Of a stretch of 64,000 bases of DNA, positions 1 through 10,776 are shown piece by piece. Under the pieces are notes generated by a model, which made no database searches, was not told the DNA's origin, and saw only the letters and a program-made list of their open reading frames with translations. Both the position numbers and the translations under genes were made by a program. The stretch is from Nitrosopumilales archaeon. GTDB lineage: Archaea > Thermoproteota > Nitrososphaeria > Nitrososphaerales > Nitrososphaeraceae. Where the stretch lies: assembly GCA_044507735.1 (NCBI GenBank), contig JBIQJB010000001.1:192001-256000 (forward strand), written 5' to 3'. Each line of letters begins with the position of its first letter. The stretch's first letter is position 1.

Positions 1-1017
1 ATAGTCCACAGGGATTTTGCTCCCGCCGTGCGTCAGGTTATAATATGCATACTGTGCCTCGTGGTTGGCGGCGTGCTTGAAAAGGTAGCGGCCTACTGCA
101 TCGCCCAGTGCAAAGACCCCTTTGACGTTTGTTTCAAGGTATTCGTCCACCACGATAAAGCCTCTGCTATCCGTTGCCACTCCCGTCTTTTCTAGATCAA
201 GAGTGTCAGAGTTTGGAATTCTGCCGGTTGCGACCAAAAGCTGGTCCGACTCTAGCTCGATCTGCTTGCCGGTGTGATTCTTGGAGACAACGGTAAAAGT
301 ATCGCCGTTCCTGCTTACCGATTCGGTATCGTATCCCAGATAGACATTGTATTTTTTCGAGAAAATTTCGGTGAACTTGTCTGCAATTTCCTCATCTTCG
401 CTTGGCAAGAGAACGTCACGACGCTGTACAATGTTTATCTTTGTACCAAGCGAGCCAAAGAAGTGTGCCAGTTCTGCTGCAATGTATCCCCCACCGATTA
501 TGGTCAGCACTTGCGGCTGCTTTTTGAGCCTGAGCGCTTGGTCGCTTGTCAAGAATCCTGTTCCTTCAAGGCCTTTTATCGTGGGTATTTCAGGGCGCGT
601 CCCTGACGCTATCAGGATCCTGTCTGCTCTGATAGTTTCGCCTCCCACAGAAAGAGTCTTCTCGCCTACAAAGCTGCATTTTGCCGCAAACAGCCTTGGA
701 TTGTCGATTTCAGAAAATGCCTCCATTATGCTGTCAGAATCTGAATCTATGATACCGTTGGTCCTGTTGACTATTCCTTCAAAATCTACAGAAATCCCAT
801 TGTTGACATTGATGCCAAACTGGGCCGCGTTCTTGATTGTCTCTGCAACGTCTGCACTATGTATCAGCAGCTTTGACGGTATACAGCCGCGGTTGAGGCA
901 TGTCCCGCCCATTCTGTCCTTTTCGACAATCGCGACGCGCAGGCCAGATTGGGCTGCGTAGTTTGCCACGTCCAGACCTGAGCCGCTCCCGATGACTATG
1001 AGGTCGAATTCCTGCAT
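1..1017 (-). CDS. Class-I pyridine nucleotide-disulfide oxidoreductase (dihydrolipoamide dehydrogenase / mycothione reductase-like), runs off the window edge
   Basis: Not in ORF track. Manual translation MQEFDLIVIGSGSG...GGTCLNRGCIPSK (FAD-binding motif and redox CxxxxC), IIGGGYIAAE, FALGDAVGRYLFKHAANHEA. Confidence 0.92.
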   Translation of the reverse strand, partial: MQEFDLIVIGSGSGLDVANYAAQSGLRVAIVEKDRMGGTCLNRGCIPSKLLIHSADVAETIKNAAQFGINVNNGISVDFEGIVNRTNGIIDSDSDSIMEAFSEIDNPRLFAAKCSFVGEKTLSVGGETIRADRILIASGTRPEIPTIKGLEGTGFLTSDQALRLKKQPQVLTIIGGGYIAAELAHFFGSLGTKINIVQRRDVLLPSEDEEIADKFTEIFSKKYNVYLGYDTESVSRNGDTFTVVSKNHTGKQIELESDQLLVATGRIPNSDTLDLEKTGVATDSRGFIVVDEYLETNVKGVFALGDAVGRYLFKHAANHEAQYAYYNLTHGGSKIPVDY

Positions 1018-1134
1018 GAACCCTTATCCATGATATTTCAGATAAGTGTGATCGTGCTGTTGCGTCGCTATCAAAGATATATTAGCAAGTAACTGGTAAT
1101 GGTCTTTTCATAAGCGGAGGCTTGAAGAAAAAGC

Positions 1135-2586
1135 TTGTCATCGTCACCGTCCCATGATTTCAAGGGGATGCTGGAAATAATGCTCAGCCAAAGGCCCGAG
1201 CTCACCCCGGAACAGGTGAGGGACATGATAGACGAAAAAAAGCGAAAGGTGGGTGCAGGCTACCTTACGGATCAGGGTGCTCTGTTTCTGGTAGCTGCCG
1301 ACCTCGGGATATCATTTGAAAACGTGCCAAAGAGTCAATCAGGCCTCAAGGACATTTACATAGGAGCAAAAGAAGTTACGGTCGTAGGTAGAATAATGAA
1401 TGTCTACCCTGTGCACACGTTTACAAAGAGGGAGAGCAACGAACAGGCAGTAACCCGGACACTTGTAGTCTACGACAAGGATGCAAGGGTGAAAGTGAAA
1501 TTGTGGGACAAGCAAGTTGCGGTGCCCGACGAGATGGGGCTGCGGGCGGGCGACGTCATCAAGATAGTCAAGGGCTATGTGAGGGCGGGACTCGATGGCA
1601 AGCCGGTGATCAACTTGGGCAGTTATAGCGCAATCGAGACTGTGCCGGACGACACCGCCATACCAAATATCGAGTCGCTCGAAACTACGGTCGACGCTAT
1701 CGACGGGCCGCAGGATAGCGCTGTTATTAATGGCGTCATTGCAAGCAATCCCCGGATCAGCGAGTTTGTTAACCTCCGAGGAGAGATAAGCAAGTCGCTC
1801 CAGCTGCAGGTATCAAACGACTCTGGCAGCCGCACCCTCCGAGCCGTGATCTGGAATGTTGACGAAACAAGGCTGCCGAAGGTCTTCAAGCCAGGTGCCA
1901 AGGTGCGCATGATAGGTGTTCGTGTGAAGCAGGGTAACCCGCAGTACGGCAACGGAGACTTTGAAATACACGGAGACGAAGGCACAATACTGCAGTTCTC
2001 TGAAACGCAGGAGGATGTCGAGGTCATGCCACTCAGAATCGTTTCTGTAGGCGAGGAAACCGGCAGGGGCAGCTTTCTATGTCTTGCGGTAGACAGGGCC
2101 GGCAGATCTCTTATTTTGACAGTCGATAACACTCTCACTAGCTCTGATTCGCTAGGTCCAGGTACAATGATCGAATGTGTTCCCTCCCGAATTTTCGGTA
2201 ACTCAGTCGTGCTGTCAAAGGATGATTCATACATCAGGATTACTGATGATGACAAGTCTTTTCCAAAGCTGGAGAAGTTTGAGAAAAAGATCAAGGACAT
2301 TCAGGCGTCGCAAGATACTTGTATTGTTGAAGCTATCGTGTTGCAGGCTCCAGAGACTACAGACGTCAACACAAAGACAGGAGAAACAGTGTCCGTCGCG
2401 TCAACATTGCTGGGCGATGACACTGGCGAAATCCGGCTGGTTGGCTGGCGCAACCAAAGCGCCGCAGTCGCCAAACTGAACGTTGGCGACAGGATCAAAT
2501 TCTCTGGAGTTACTGCTGCAAATGGCCGCGATGGTAAAGCTGAGCTGACGCTCAGACCTTATTCGTCCGTGACAAAGTTAACCTAA
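1135..2586 (+). CDS. rpa: Replication protein A / OB-fold ssDNA-binding protein
   Basis: N-terminal GYLTDQGALFLVA segment; repeated OB-fold motifs (DDTGEIRLVGW, VKVKLWD, LRAVIWN). Confidence 0.85.
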   Translation: MSSSPSHDFKGMLEIMLSQRPELTPEQVRDMIDEKKRKVGAGYLTDQGALFLVAADLGISFENVPKSQSGLKDIYIGAKEVTVVGRIMNVYPVHTFTKRESNEQAVTRTLVVYDKDARVKVKLWDKQVAVPDEMGLRAGDVIKIVKGYVRAGLDGKPVINLGSYSAIETVPDDTAIPNIESLETTVDAIDGPQDSAVINGVIASNPRISEFVNLRGEISKSLQLQVSNDSGSRTLRAVIWNVDETRLPKVFKPGAKVRMIGVRVKQGNPQYGNGDFEIHGDEGTILQFSETQEDVEVMPLRIVSVGEETGRGSFLCLAVDRAGRSLILTVDNTLTSSDSLGPGTMIECVPSRIFGNSVVLSKDDSYIRITDDDKSFPKLEKFEKKIKDIQASQDTCIVEAIVLQAPETTDVNTKTGETVSVASTLLGDDTGEIRLVGWRNQSAAVAKLNVGDRIKFSGVTAANGRDGKAELTLRPYSSVTKLT

Positions 2587-2615
2587 ATTAGCCGCAGGCT
2601 GCTCTTCTCGTAATA

Positions 2616-3872
2616 TTGGTAGGAGTAGGCTCAGTGGAGACGAGTATCGAGCGGCAGGCAAGCGAACTGAAAGCAATGGTTCGCAATCAATCTTCTAGAA
2701 CTGACGAAAACTTCAAAGTCGGAGTTGAAATTGAGATCTGTCTAATCGATGCTAATGGCATGCCCGTCAATGCCAAACCAGCGATCGAGCGGCTCCGAAA
2801 GTACCATGATGTAGATTATGAATACGGAAAATGCCAGATGGAATACAAGACCGAGCCTGTTTCCTTTGACAGGCTAATTCGCCTCAATTCGCAGTTTGAG
2901 GAGTTTATAGAACACCTTGACATGGTCGTGAACAAGGTATACCAACGCGATGTTATTCCTGTGTTCCTTGGGGCAAACCCCTCCCCATATGTCCTTGAGG
3001 ATGGCTTGATAACGAAAAAACCACGCTACCTGCAGCTGGCAAGGTGGCAGAAAAAGATGCATGATGTTGAAATCGATGGTCAAAAGATCAAGGCACTCCA
3101 CGCCGCTGCAGCGATACAGGGATTCCATCTGCATCTTCAAGGCAAGAACCCCAAGTTTACGGCTCAGATGTTCAATCACATTTTGAACCTAATTCCCGCT
3201 GCCATACTTCTTGGAGCCAACAGTAGGCTTTTTGCAGGTAGGGTGTACTCGATGCACGAACCTCGGATTTATCTCTACGATCAAACAGAGCAGCAAAACT
3301 CGGGCTTTCCCGGCATAACGAGATACCTTGAAGGCGTCGAGGACTATATTGACTATATCGCATCGAGAGAGCCCGTTATTGCCAAGGACTATTTTGGGCT
3401 TGTAAAGGAGAGACACGACGATGCTCGCATCCGTTTGAACACTGGGTTTTACCGAGTGGAGACAAGGGTCATGTCAGTCCAGCCCACGCCCCGGACAATG
3501 ATGGCACTCATCGAGTTCTTTGCGGGCTACCTTCACCGGGCAATCCATGATGAGAGGGCACTGCGGCCGCTGGCATCTGTAAGGGAGGAGCGGCAAGCCG
3601 TGGTGAGATCGGGCTATAACGCCAAGACACACTTTAACATCGTTGAGACGGTAAGGAACCAGCTCGATTACGCTAGGAAGGGGCTTGCAGATCTTGGCAC
3701 AAAGCCTGACTTTCTTAACATCCTTGAAAAGAGGCTTGAAAACAGGACGACGGCAGGTGAATACGTTGCAAAGCTGTGGCAATCAAAATACAATGGCGAC
3801 GTGGAGCGCACACTGCAGGAAGTTGTATGGTACGTATGGCAAAAATCAAAGATCAATAGCCCCTTTGTGTAG
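2616..3872 (+). CDS. Glutamate--cysteine ligase family 2 (GCS2) protein
   Basis: VGVEIEICLID, CQMEYKT, GFHLHL, ANSRLF and RVETRVM motifs of the GCS2 fold. Confidence 0.75.
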   Translation: MVGVGSVETSIERQASELKAMVRNQSSRTDENFKVGVEIEICLIDANGMPVNAKPAIERLRKYHDVDYEYGKCQMEYKTEPVSFDRLIRLNSQFEEFIEHLDMVVNKVYQRDVIPVFLGANPSPYVLEDGLITKKPRYLQLARWQKKMHDVEIDGQKIKALHAAAAIQGFHLHLQGKNPKFTAQMFNHILNLIPAAILLGANSRLFAGRVYSMHEPRIYLYDQTEQQNSGFPGITRYLEGVEDYIDYIASREPVIAKDYFGLVKERHDDARIRLNTGFYRVETRVMSVQPTPRTMMALIEFFAGYLHRAIHDERALRPLASVREERQAVVRSGYNAKTHFNIVETVRNQLDYARKGLADLGTKPDFLNILEKRLENRTTAGEYVAKLWQSKYNGDVERTLQEVVWYVWQKSKINSPFV

Positions 3873-3937
3873 CCGTGGTTTATGCAATGCCCTGGCAATA
3901 TTGTTCCTTTTAACCAGAACGACTCTGTGTGTCTGGG

Positions 3938-6745
3938 CTAGTCTGCCCAAAAGCCCCTGGTGATAACATACTGCCTTTCCGCTTCGTAAATGCTCTTGTA
4001 CGCCTGTTCTTCATCAACATAATTGCGCAGGATTCTTGCGGCAGTATCAGCACCGACACCATGACCCGACAGGACGACGATCGCCTTCTTGCCAAAGTTG
4101 TTGACAAGAGACGCAACCTTCCACGCTCGCTCAAACTTGTGGTTCTGCTCTGGCGTGAGCTTGCCCCCTGCAAGCCTGGTACGAATTATTCTGGACATAT
4201 CGTCGTCAGACCAGAAAGTCGCTGTGATGAGGCGGGACCTGCAATATGGACATGAGATCTCCTCCGGCACATCCTTTGTTTCCATCACCCGCTCCCACTT
4301 GCCACACCTGATGCATACCAGCCGGTGCTTTGTCTTCTCCAACCGCTCCTTTACGAGTTCAATAACACCTCTTTCAAGACTGAGCGGCATTGCGCCGGCC
4401 ATTTTGCCGGAATGCTCTATTATCGTCTTTGCAAGGTCGGAAAATTCGCGCACTTCAATCCAGTGAATCCTGATTTTTTTCTCCTTGATGTCATCAAGCA
4501 CCTGTTGCGTCTGATGTATATCGTACTTGTCATGAACCAGCTCCCTTATCGATTCCGAGCTAACCGGTGTCTTGGCATACCTATCGTAAATCATGCGTGC
4601 AACCTTCTTGTCATACACTGCTTCCTTGCTTATCATGCCAAAGCGCTTGGCAACCGTCCAGACCTTCCAGTTGATGTTGTGTGTACCGGTCAGGGCTGCA
4701 ATTATCACGGGCTCAAGATCGTAAACGTCATTCAATGCGGCTTCCAGCCTGCCCTGTACAATCCTGGCGCTTGAGGTAAGCATTATCCGGTAGGCGTCCG
4801 ATCTCGATTCGACGACATAGCCAAGCTGAGAGGACAAGATAGTTGACAATAGCGATGCGATTGTATTGTTCACCTTTGATCCAAATACAGAATGAATTAC
4901 GAGCACGTTGCGAGCGATATTGCTTTCAACAACAACGTTCTTTGAATCCGGGATTACATTGAGCGCCTTCTTTGTTTCTTCAATTACCGGCGTAGACAAC
5001 CTTATTTGCCCACTTGCCGCCTGAGCGCGTATCTCTCCAACTTCTTCAGCTGTCTTGTAGTCAACGGGAATCATTTCTCCAACCCAGTACGGAATATTGA
5101 TGGCCGCCCCGCGCAAGGGCTCGACATTCATTACCAGCCTCCCTTCGTCTACAGAGAGCACGCGCCACTGTGATCCCTTGAGCACAAAGACGTTCCCCTT
5201 TTCACCATAATCGCCGACAAACTGCTGGTCAAGCGTACCTATCCTTCGCTTGCTAATCGAGTCAATGACTTCGAATTTCAATACGTGCGGAATCATGGAG
5301 AGGTTTTCAAAATAATACTTGTACGCCTTAATCTTTCGGGCGTATGTGCGGTTTTCTCGATCGTATTTTATGATGTTGTGGCCTGCTAGAATTTCAAGAC
5401 AGCTCTCGACATCAAACAGGCTTATGTTGCGGAAAGGGTATGCACGCGTCACTAGATCGTGTGCATAATCTACTCTGATAGGATCACGGGTCTGCATTGC
5501 AAGTCCGACAAGGTGGTGGGCCATTGCGTCCAGTGCCCCCTCGTGCATTTTTTGTTCCTCTATGGATCTCTTTTTCATTCTTCGAATGATGGCAAGCGCC
5601 TCGATTTCGTCATCAGGGTTGTTGACAACCACAAGACCTTTGGCAAAAGTCCTCTGGCTGTGCCTGCTCCTGCCAATTCTCTGCATGAGCTTTGACACCT
5701 GCCTGGGCGATCCATAATGAATAACGAGATCGACAGAGCCAATGTCAAGACCGAGTTCAAGCGAGCTAGTACAAACCACGATGCCAGCCTCACCAGAGCG
5801 CAATGTATGCTCTGTTTCTTCTCGCATTTCTTTAGAGAGTGAACCGTGGTGAACGTCTACCTTGATCTCGTCCTGGTTTTTCAGTATTGTGCCAAGATAC
5901 TCTGCCTCGTCGCGGGTGTTTGTAAACAACAGGATCGAGCCTTCGACCTTTTCCTTCTTTACATATTCAAGAATGAAATGTGCAACATTGTTGAGTGATC
6001 CCTTGACGAAATGGACGTCAATGTCATACCCCCTGCTCGCTGTGTCTACCAACACTGCGCTTTTCCTGTCTGTACCTGAAACAAACTGTGCTGCCTGCTT
6101 CAAGTTACCTACAGTGGCTGAGAGCCCGATCCTTGCTACATTTTGTGTTGATGCAGCTTGCAGGCGCTCAAGGCTCAGAGACAGATGCGCGCCCCGTTCG
6201 TTTGCCACAAGCTCGTGCACTTCGTCAACGATGACCCACTGCAAGCCTTTCAGGGCCGCGAGCATCTTTTCGTTTGTGAGCACTACAGCTAGCGACTCGG
6301 GTGTTGTGATCAGGACATCAGGTGGGTCTTCAACTATTTTCTTTCGTGCCGCGGCAGTAGTGTCCCCGTGGCGGATCTCCACTCGCAGGCCTTCAGAATG
6401 TGCATAGCGCACTACCCTTCTCAGCACATCGTTGTTGAGGGCTCGAAGAGGCGTGATGTATATTGCCCTTATATTGCCCGGGCTCTTGTGGTGTGCAAGC
6501 ATCGTGAAAACTGGCAAGACAGCCGCTTCGGTCTTGCCTGAACCAGTAGGGGCTACAAGCAGACAGTTTACCCTTCTGGCAATGACCGGAAGAGCCTTGT
6601 ACTGAATGGTGGTTAGGGATGTAAAGCCTTCCTTACGGAATTTTTCAATTACAAGCTGCTCTTCGGCGTGGTCACTTTTCAGTGTCTGCAGCTGTTCTGG
6701 ATTGATGCTGCTGCTCTCGTTTTTGCTTCTGAGCTGATCTTTCAT
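3938..6745 (-). CDS. lhr: Lhr-like DEAD/H-box helicase with C-terminal Zn ribbon (start uncertain)
   Basis: APTGSGKT, DEVHE, GLSAT, HHGSLS, QRIGRS; C-terminal CIRC...CPYC. Confidence 0.92.
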   Translation of the reverse strand: MKDQLRSKNESSSINPEQLQTLKSDHAEEQLVIEKFRKEGFTSLTTIQYKALPVIARRVNCLLVAPTGSGKTEAAVLPVFTMLAHHKSPGNIRAIYITPLRALNNDVLRRVVRYAHSEGLRVEIRHGDTTAAARKKIVEDPPDVLITTPESLAVVLTNEKMLAALKGLQWVIVDEVHELVANERGAHLSLSLERLQAASTQNVARIGLSATVGNLKQAAQFVSGTDRKSAVLVDTASRGYDIDVHFVKGSLNNVAHFILEYVKKEKVEGSILLFTNTRDEAEYLGTILKNQDEIKVDVHHGSLSKEMREETEHTLRSGEAGIVVCTSSLELGLDIGSVDLVIHYGSPRQVSKLMQRIGRSRHSQRTFAKGLVVVNNPDDEIEALAIIRRMKKRSIEEQKMHEGALDAMAHHLVGLAMQTRDPIRVDYAHDLVTRAYPFRNISLFDVESCLEILAGHNIIKYDRENRTYARKIKAYKYYFENLSMIPHVLKFEVIDSISKRRIGTLDQQFVGDYGEKGNVFVLKGSQWRVLSVDEGRLVMNVEPLRGAAINIPYWVGEMIPVDYKTAEEVGEIRAQAASGQIRLSTPVIEETKKALNVIPDSKNVVVESNIARNVLVIHSVFGSKVNNTIASLLSTILSSQLGYVVESRSDAYRIMLTSSARIVQGRLEAALNDVYDLEPVIIAALTGTHNINWKVWTVAKRFGMISKEAVYDKKVARMIYDRYAKTPVSSESIRELVHDKYDIHQTQQVLDDIKEKKIRIHWIEVREFSDLAKTIIEHSGKMAGAMPLSLERGVIELVKERLEKTKHRLVCIRCGKWERVMETKDVPEEISCPYCRSRLITATFWSDDDMSRIIRTRLAGGKLTPEQNHKFERAWKVASLVNNFGKKAIVVLSGHGVGADTAARILRNYVDEEQAYKSIYEAERQYVITRGFWAD

Positions 6746-6830
6746 AAACCATTACTGCAAACAGGCCAGCGATAAACAGCCCAACCGCGACGAGCGCGTA
6801 GCTGTCGAAGTTCGCGATTTCTCCTGCCAT
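6672..6830 (-). CDS. Small single-pass membrane protein (52 aa)
   Basis: Manual translation MAGEIANFDSYALVAVGLFIAGLFAVMVYERSAQKQKREQQHQSRTAADTEK; TATA-like ATATATATTTA about 25 nt upstream. Confidence 0.6.
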   Translation of the reverse strand: MAGEIANFDSYALVAVGLFIAGLFAVMVYERSAQKQKREQQHQSRTAADTEK

Positions 6831-7096
6831 TTGCTGTTAGTCAATATATGTCAAATAAATATATATCCTTGCACCATCCGTTCCGCGGTTTTTCACCCTT
6901 TTATTGAGAGTGGGCTAGGATGGTACGAGGAGAAATTAATCGCCCTGCCAGAGCGTGACTCCAGCACGTGTAGCAGGAGCGACTATGTGTATGTTCGTCC
7001 GTATAGGGATACGAAAGTGGGTCTGGTCTTCGACTTAAAACTGTAGATCGCATACATTGCTAAAAGCCTCGTGGATCTATGGTCTAGCTGGAAACT

Positions 7097-7285
7097 CTAT
7101 CCCGCTTCTTCCAAGTCCTGCTTGGTCAGGCGCTGTGGCCACTTTGATTCAGCCAGCTGCTTCAGCTTTTGGCTTCGGGCCATAATGAAGATAATAATGC
7201 CCATCAAGAATATGGTTACTGCGAGCACCAGTAGGCCTACGACCAGAAATTCCATGGTGTCTGCCGTAACATCCGCCAGCATCAT
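7097..7285 (-). CDS. Small single-pass membrane protein
   Basis: Hydrophobic run FLVVGLLVLAVTIFLMGIIIFIM followed by basic residues. Confidence 0.55.
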   Translation of the reverse strand: MMLADVTADTMEFLVVGLLVLAVTIFLMGIIIFIMARSQKLKQLAESKWPQRLTKQDLEEAG

Positions 7286-7382
7286 ATTTAGGAGGTTTTG
7301 CGGAAGGTAATGGCTAGTCCCGCGGAAGGTTACGCATTGGTTATATCTATTTATGAGGAGCCCCCCGCAAGAAATATGCACC

Positions 7383-7862
7383 ATGCGTCAGAGGACATTG
7401 CTCATCGCGGGGCTTGCTGCCGTTGGGGTGGCTATTGCAATAGCCGTGCCGATGGCGATACTGGCCATGCAGAGTTCGCATCAACTAAGATTCGAGTATG
7501 TCAAGTCTGGCGGCATCGCAGGAATCACTGAAAGGCTTGCTTTTGATTCGGGAAATGGCACGACAATTTCGTTCTATCAAAGCACCATGAACACTACTGA
7601 AGAGAGGCTGCTGTCTGAATCTCAGGTGCAGGAACTGAGGCAGACAATAGCAGGCAGCGGTTTCTTTACGTTTGACAGCGCTTATACTGCAAGGCAAGGT
7701 CCGGCAGACTATTTCTCCTACACGCTCAACATTACAATGGACGGAAGGACGCATTCGGTTTCTTGGGTCGATGACTTTGCTGCGGCGGAGCCAGTTCCTG
7801 AGGGCCTGAAGAACATCGTGAGCGAAATGGAGCAGACGTTCTCTGCTGCACAACCAGCTTGA
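7383..7862 (+). CDS. Membrane-anchored/secreted emfourin-like (M4 protease inhibitor-like) domain protein
   Basis: N-terminal hydrophobic helix; SGGIAG ... ADYFSYTLNITMDGRTHSVSWVD ... VPEGL pattern. Confidence 0.55.
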   Translation: MRQRTLLIAGLAAVGVAIAIAVPMAILAMQSSHQLRFEYVKSGGIAGITERLAFDSGNGTTISFYQSTMNTTEERLLSESQVQELRQTIAGSGFFTFDSAYTARQGPADYFSYTLNITMDGRTHSVSWVDDFAAAEPVPEGLKNIVSEMEQTFSAAQPA

Positions 7863-8348
7863 ATGGCAGATTATTGGTGATTATCAGGCTGCGCAGGTTG
7901 CTCGCTTATTATTAACACTCCAGAGTCTCTTGTAGTAGTAATTGTTCCCATTCTGCTTTTCGCGAGTGGGTCATATGCCCATTGCCACGCCATCATTGCG
8001 CTATCACTCCCAATGTTCCGGTCGGATGTGAGCATCGTCAACGTCCTGCTGACATATCCATCCCAAAACATGCTTACCCTGACAGTCCCGGATTGACCAT
8101 ATTATTCTCCACTCTAGTGATGAAATTGTATGCGTGGTCAAGCTAGATCGGTCCAACGCGCCGCCGATTCGCCCATCACAGCTTGTGCCACGGCAGACTA
8201 CAAATAGGCCTCTACGGTGATGATAAGAGGCTCGCAGCTGCTGACCGATCCCCCCCCTTTGAGAGGAATCTGGAACGATCTGGGTGGGCAATACCATAGC
8301 GCTGTAGGAATGCGAATTTGCAACTTGCTTTTCAAGCAGCCTGCACAG

Positions 8349-9734
8349 CTAGCCGGCGCCCAGAATATTGTCCTTAGAGAGAGCTTTGTCGAGCTGCTCC
8401 TTTGTCATCAGCTTTTTCTCTAGCACCAGCTCGCGGATGCTCTTGTTGGTCTTGAGCGACTCTTTGTAGATCTCAGCGGCTTTGAGATACCCTATGTATG
8501 GATTGAGCAGCGTAACAAGGACAGGGCTCTTTTCGATGTATGATGCCAGCTTGTCCTTGTTAGCCTCTATCCCGTCTATCATGTTAGCAGCGAATATTGG
8601 CAGGAAATTCTTTAGCATGTCTGTCGAATCTAGCACGCATTTGAGCATGCCGGGCAACATCACATTCAGCTCGAACTGTCCTGCCTGCGCGGCCATCGCC
8701 ACCGAAACATCGTTTCCAATCACGTTAAAGCAGACCATGTTGAGGCACTCGGCGAGCGACGGGTTAACTTTGCCGGGCATTATTGACGAGCCTGCGTGCA
8801 CCGCAGGTATCAGAATCTCTGCAAGCCCTGCTGTTGGACCAGACGCCATAAGTCGAATGTCATTTGCCATTTTTGAAAGCTCGATGGCGAGGTTTCGGAG
8901 AGCCGATGAGCAAGCAGCTACGTCGTACTTGCTCTGGAGGGAGTAAAACATATTCGGTGATGGCTTTAGCCTAAGCCCTGATATTTTTGACAGATTCTTT
9001 ATCGCCAGTTGCCTGTAACCCTTTGGCGTATTGGCGCCTGTACCCACGGCTGTGCCTCCAAGACCAACATAACTTAGACCTGCCATTGATTGAACAAGCA
9101 TTGCCCTGGCCTGCTTGAGCGAGTAAACATATTGCTCGAATTCTGCCCCAAGCGTAACTGGTATAGCATCCATGAGGTGAGTTCTGCCAATCTTGACGAC
9201 ATCTGAGAATTGTCTTGCCTTCCTTTGCAGCGATGCTATCAGCTTGTCAAGCGACGCCACTGTCTCCTTCATATTCAGCAGGATAGCAACGTGCATTGCA
9301 GTTGGGAATGTGTCGTTGCTTGACTGTGACATATTTACATGGTCGTTTGGGCTCAGTATCTCGTATTTTCCCCTCTTCTCGCCCAATATCTCCAAAGCTC
9401 TATTTGCAATGACTTCATTGCTGTTCATGTTAAACGCGGTGCCGGCGCCAGAATTGATCGCTTCAACCACAAATTGGTCCAGAAGCTTGCCCGCAAGAAT
9501 TTCGTCGCATGCTTTGACTATCGCCCTGGCCTTTTCTGCGTCAAGTGCCTTGAGCTCTTTGTTTGCAAGCGCGGCAGAGCGCTTGATCATGACATACGCC
9601 CTCACGAGATTGATGTGAGCTCTTTGCCCAGTCACCTTATACTGGTTGATTGCACGCGCAGTAAACGGTCCATAGTACGCTGTAGATGGAACCTTGATCT
9701 TGCCAAGCGAATCTTTGTCAATTCTGAATGCCAT
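8349..9734 (-). CDS. fumC: Class II fumarate hydratase / aspartate ammonia-lyase family
   Basis: GSSIMPGKVNP signature, SQSSNDTFPTA, KIGRTHLMDA. FumC versus AspA not resolved. Confidence 0.85.
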   Translation of the reverse strand: MAFRIDKDSLGKIKVPSTAYYGPFTARAINQYKVTGQRAHINLVRAYVMIKRSAALANKELKALDAEKARAIVKACDEILAGKLLDQFVVEAINSGAGTAFNMNSNEVIANRALEILGEKRGKYEILSPNDHVNMSQSSNDTFPTAMHVAILLNMKETVASLDKLIASLQRKARQFSDVVKIGRTHLMDAIPVTLGAEFEQYVYSLKQARAMLVQSMAGLSYVGLGGTAVGTGANTPKGYRQLAIKNLSKISGLRLKPSPNMFYSLQSKYDVAACSSALRNLAIELSKMANDIRLMASGPTAGLAEILIPAVHAGSSIMPGKVNPSLAECLNMVCFNVIGNDVSVAMAAQAGQFELNVMLPGMLKCVLDSTDMLKNFLPIFAANMIDGIEANKDKLASYIEKSPVLVTLLNPYIGYLKAAEIYKESLKTNKSIRELVLEKKLMTKEQLDKALSKDNILGAG

Positions 9735-9798
9735 TGCCGGATGGCACTAGTGAGGGGGCCGTAATAAATTAATCGTCAGCCTGTAGCGATACAATATG

Positions 9799-10197
9799 TC
9801 ATACTATTATCTTGCCGGCGGCCAATTCTTCTATCTTTGCTGCATCATCGCTGGACAGTCTTGCTCCGTGCAGTGCAAGTGGGTTTTGATTCGCAGCTGG
9901 GGTATCACGTACTGGCACTGGTGGTACATAGCGCGTCAGCCTTGAAAACACTATCTTGCCGTACCAGTTGTTTTCAATACACAGCTTGTTCTCTTCTCCT
10001 TCATTCATTTCATCCAATTCTACAAACCTATCAACCACGCCCGAACCGAGAAACATTTCTTTTTTGACAAACAACACTGCCATACCGCGCGACCATCCGC
10101 GACTGATGTTGACGTAAAAAGTGTGCTTGGCAAACAGCTGTTTTTCAAGCTCATCCCTTTGCAACTTGAGGATATAGCGTGGAGGTTGCTCGGACAC
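9799..10197 (-). CDS. Hypothetical protein, possibly EVE/PUA-like fold
   Basis: Clean 132-aa ORF; beta-rich pattern AVLFVK...FLGSGVV...PPVPV. Confidence 0.55.
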   Translation of the reverse strand: MSEQPPRYILKLQRDELEKQLFAKHTFYVNISRGWSRGMAVLFVKKEMFLGSGVVDRFVELDEMNEGEENKLCIENNWYGKIVFSRLTRYVPPVPVRDTPAANQNPLALHGARLSSDDAAKIEELAAGKIIV

Positions 10198-10776
10198 TAG
10201 GCCATCTGGCCTCGCGTAATTATAAAATCATTCTTCTCTGTGTTGTTGCCCTAGCCGTTTGTGGCGGTCAAGCGCCGTCACGATTGAATCCGCATCAATC
10301 CAACTGACCTTGGTCTCGGCTTTGCTGACTCCGAAACTCTCTGATAGTTAACACTGTGCACGTCGCCATCAGCCCAATGGCGAATCTTTGACATCCGATT
10401 ATTACTCCATGAGAACCTCTCTCCCCGACCATGACCATCAAGTGGTACGCTGCCATTTCTAACATTTGATGACAGAAGATGAAAACCATATCCTCCGTGT
10501 CTTACTATGAGCCGGGGACAGATGCCCTTGGTCTTGCCGGAGATCATCTCGGTCAGCGTCAAGTTTGGGGAGTAAGGGACATACTGCTACACGCGGAGAA
10601 CGCATTCCTGGATGGCTTGAATGACAATCATAAGCTAAGCAAGAATTCTGATCCTCTCTCACATACTTTGCTCAGTTACCTTGCCCCTAGTCGCCGTGCA
10701 CTTTGATACTCGTTTATTTTGCATCTCTTGCCAATACATGGATAATATTATATTACTACTGGATTTTTCAAGCCAT

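Noticed and set aside
274-961. Plus-strand ORFs 274-606 and 347-961
   Set aside because: Antisense shadows of the minus-strand disulfide oxidoreductase; most short ORFs overlapping housekeeping genes were dismissed the same way
7871-8340. Short ORFs between the emfourin-like gene and fumC
   Set aside because: No recognisable motif, and frames are interrupted by stops; left uncalled
10200-10700. Short ORFs upstream of serA
   Set aside because: No motif or consistent frame; possibly decayed sequence but not supportable
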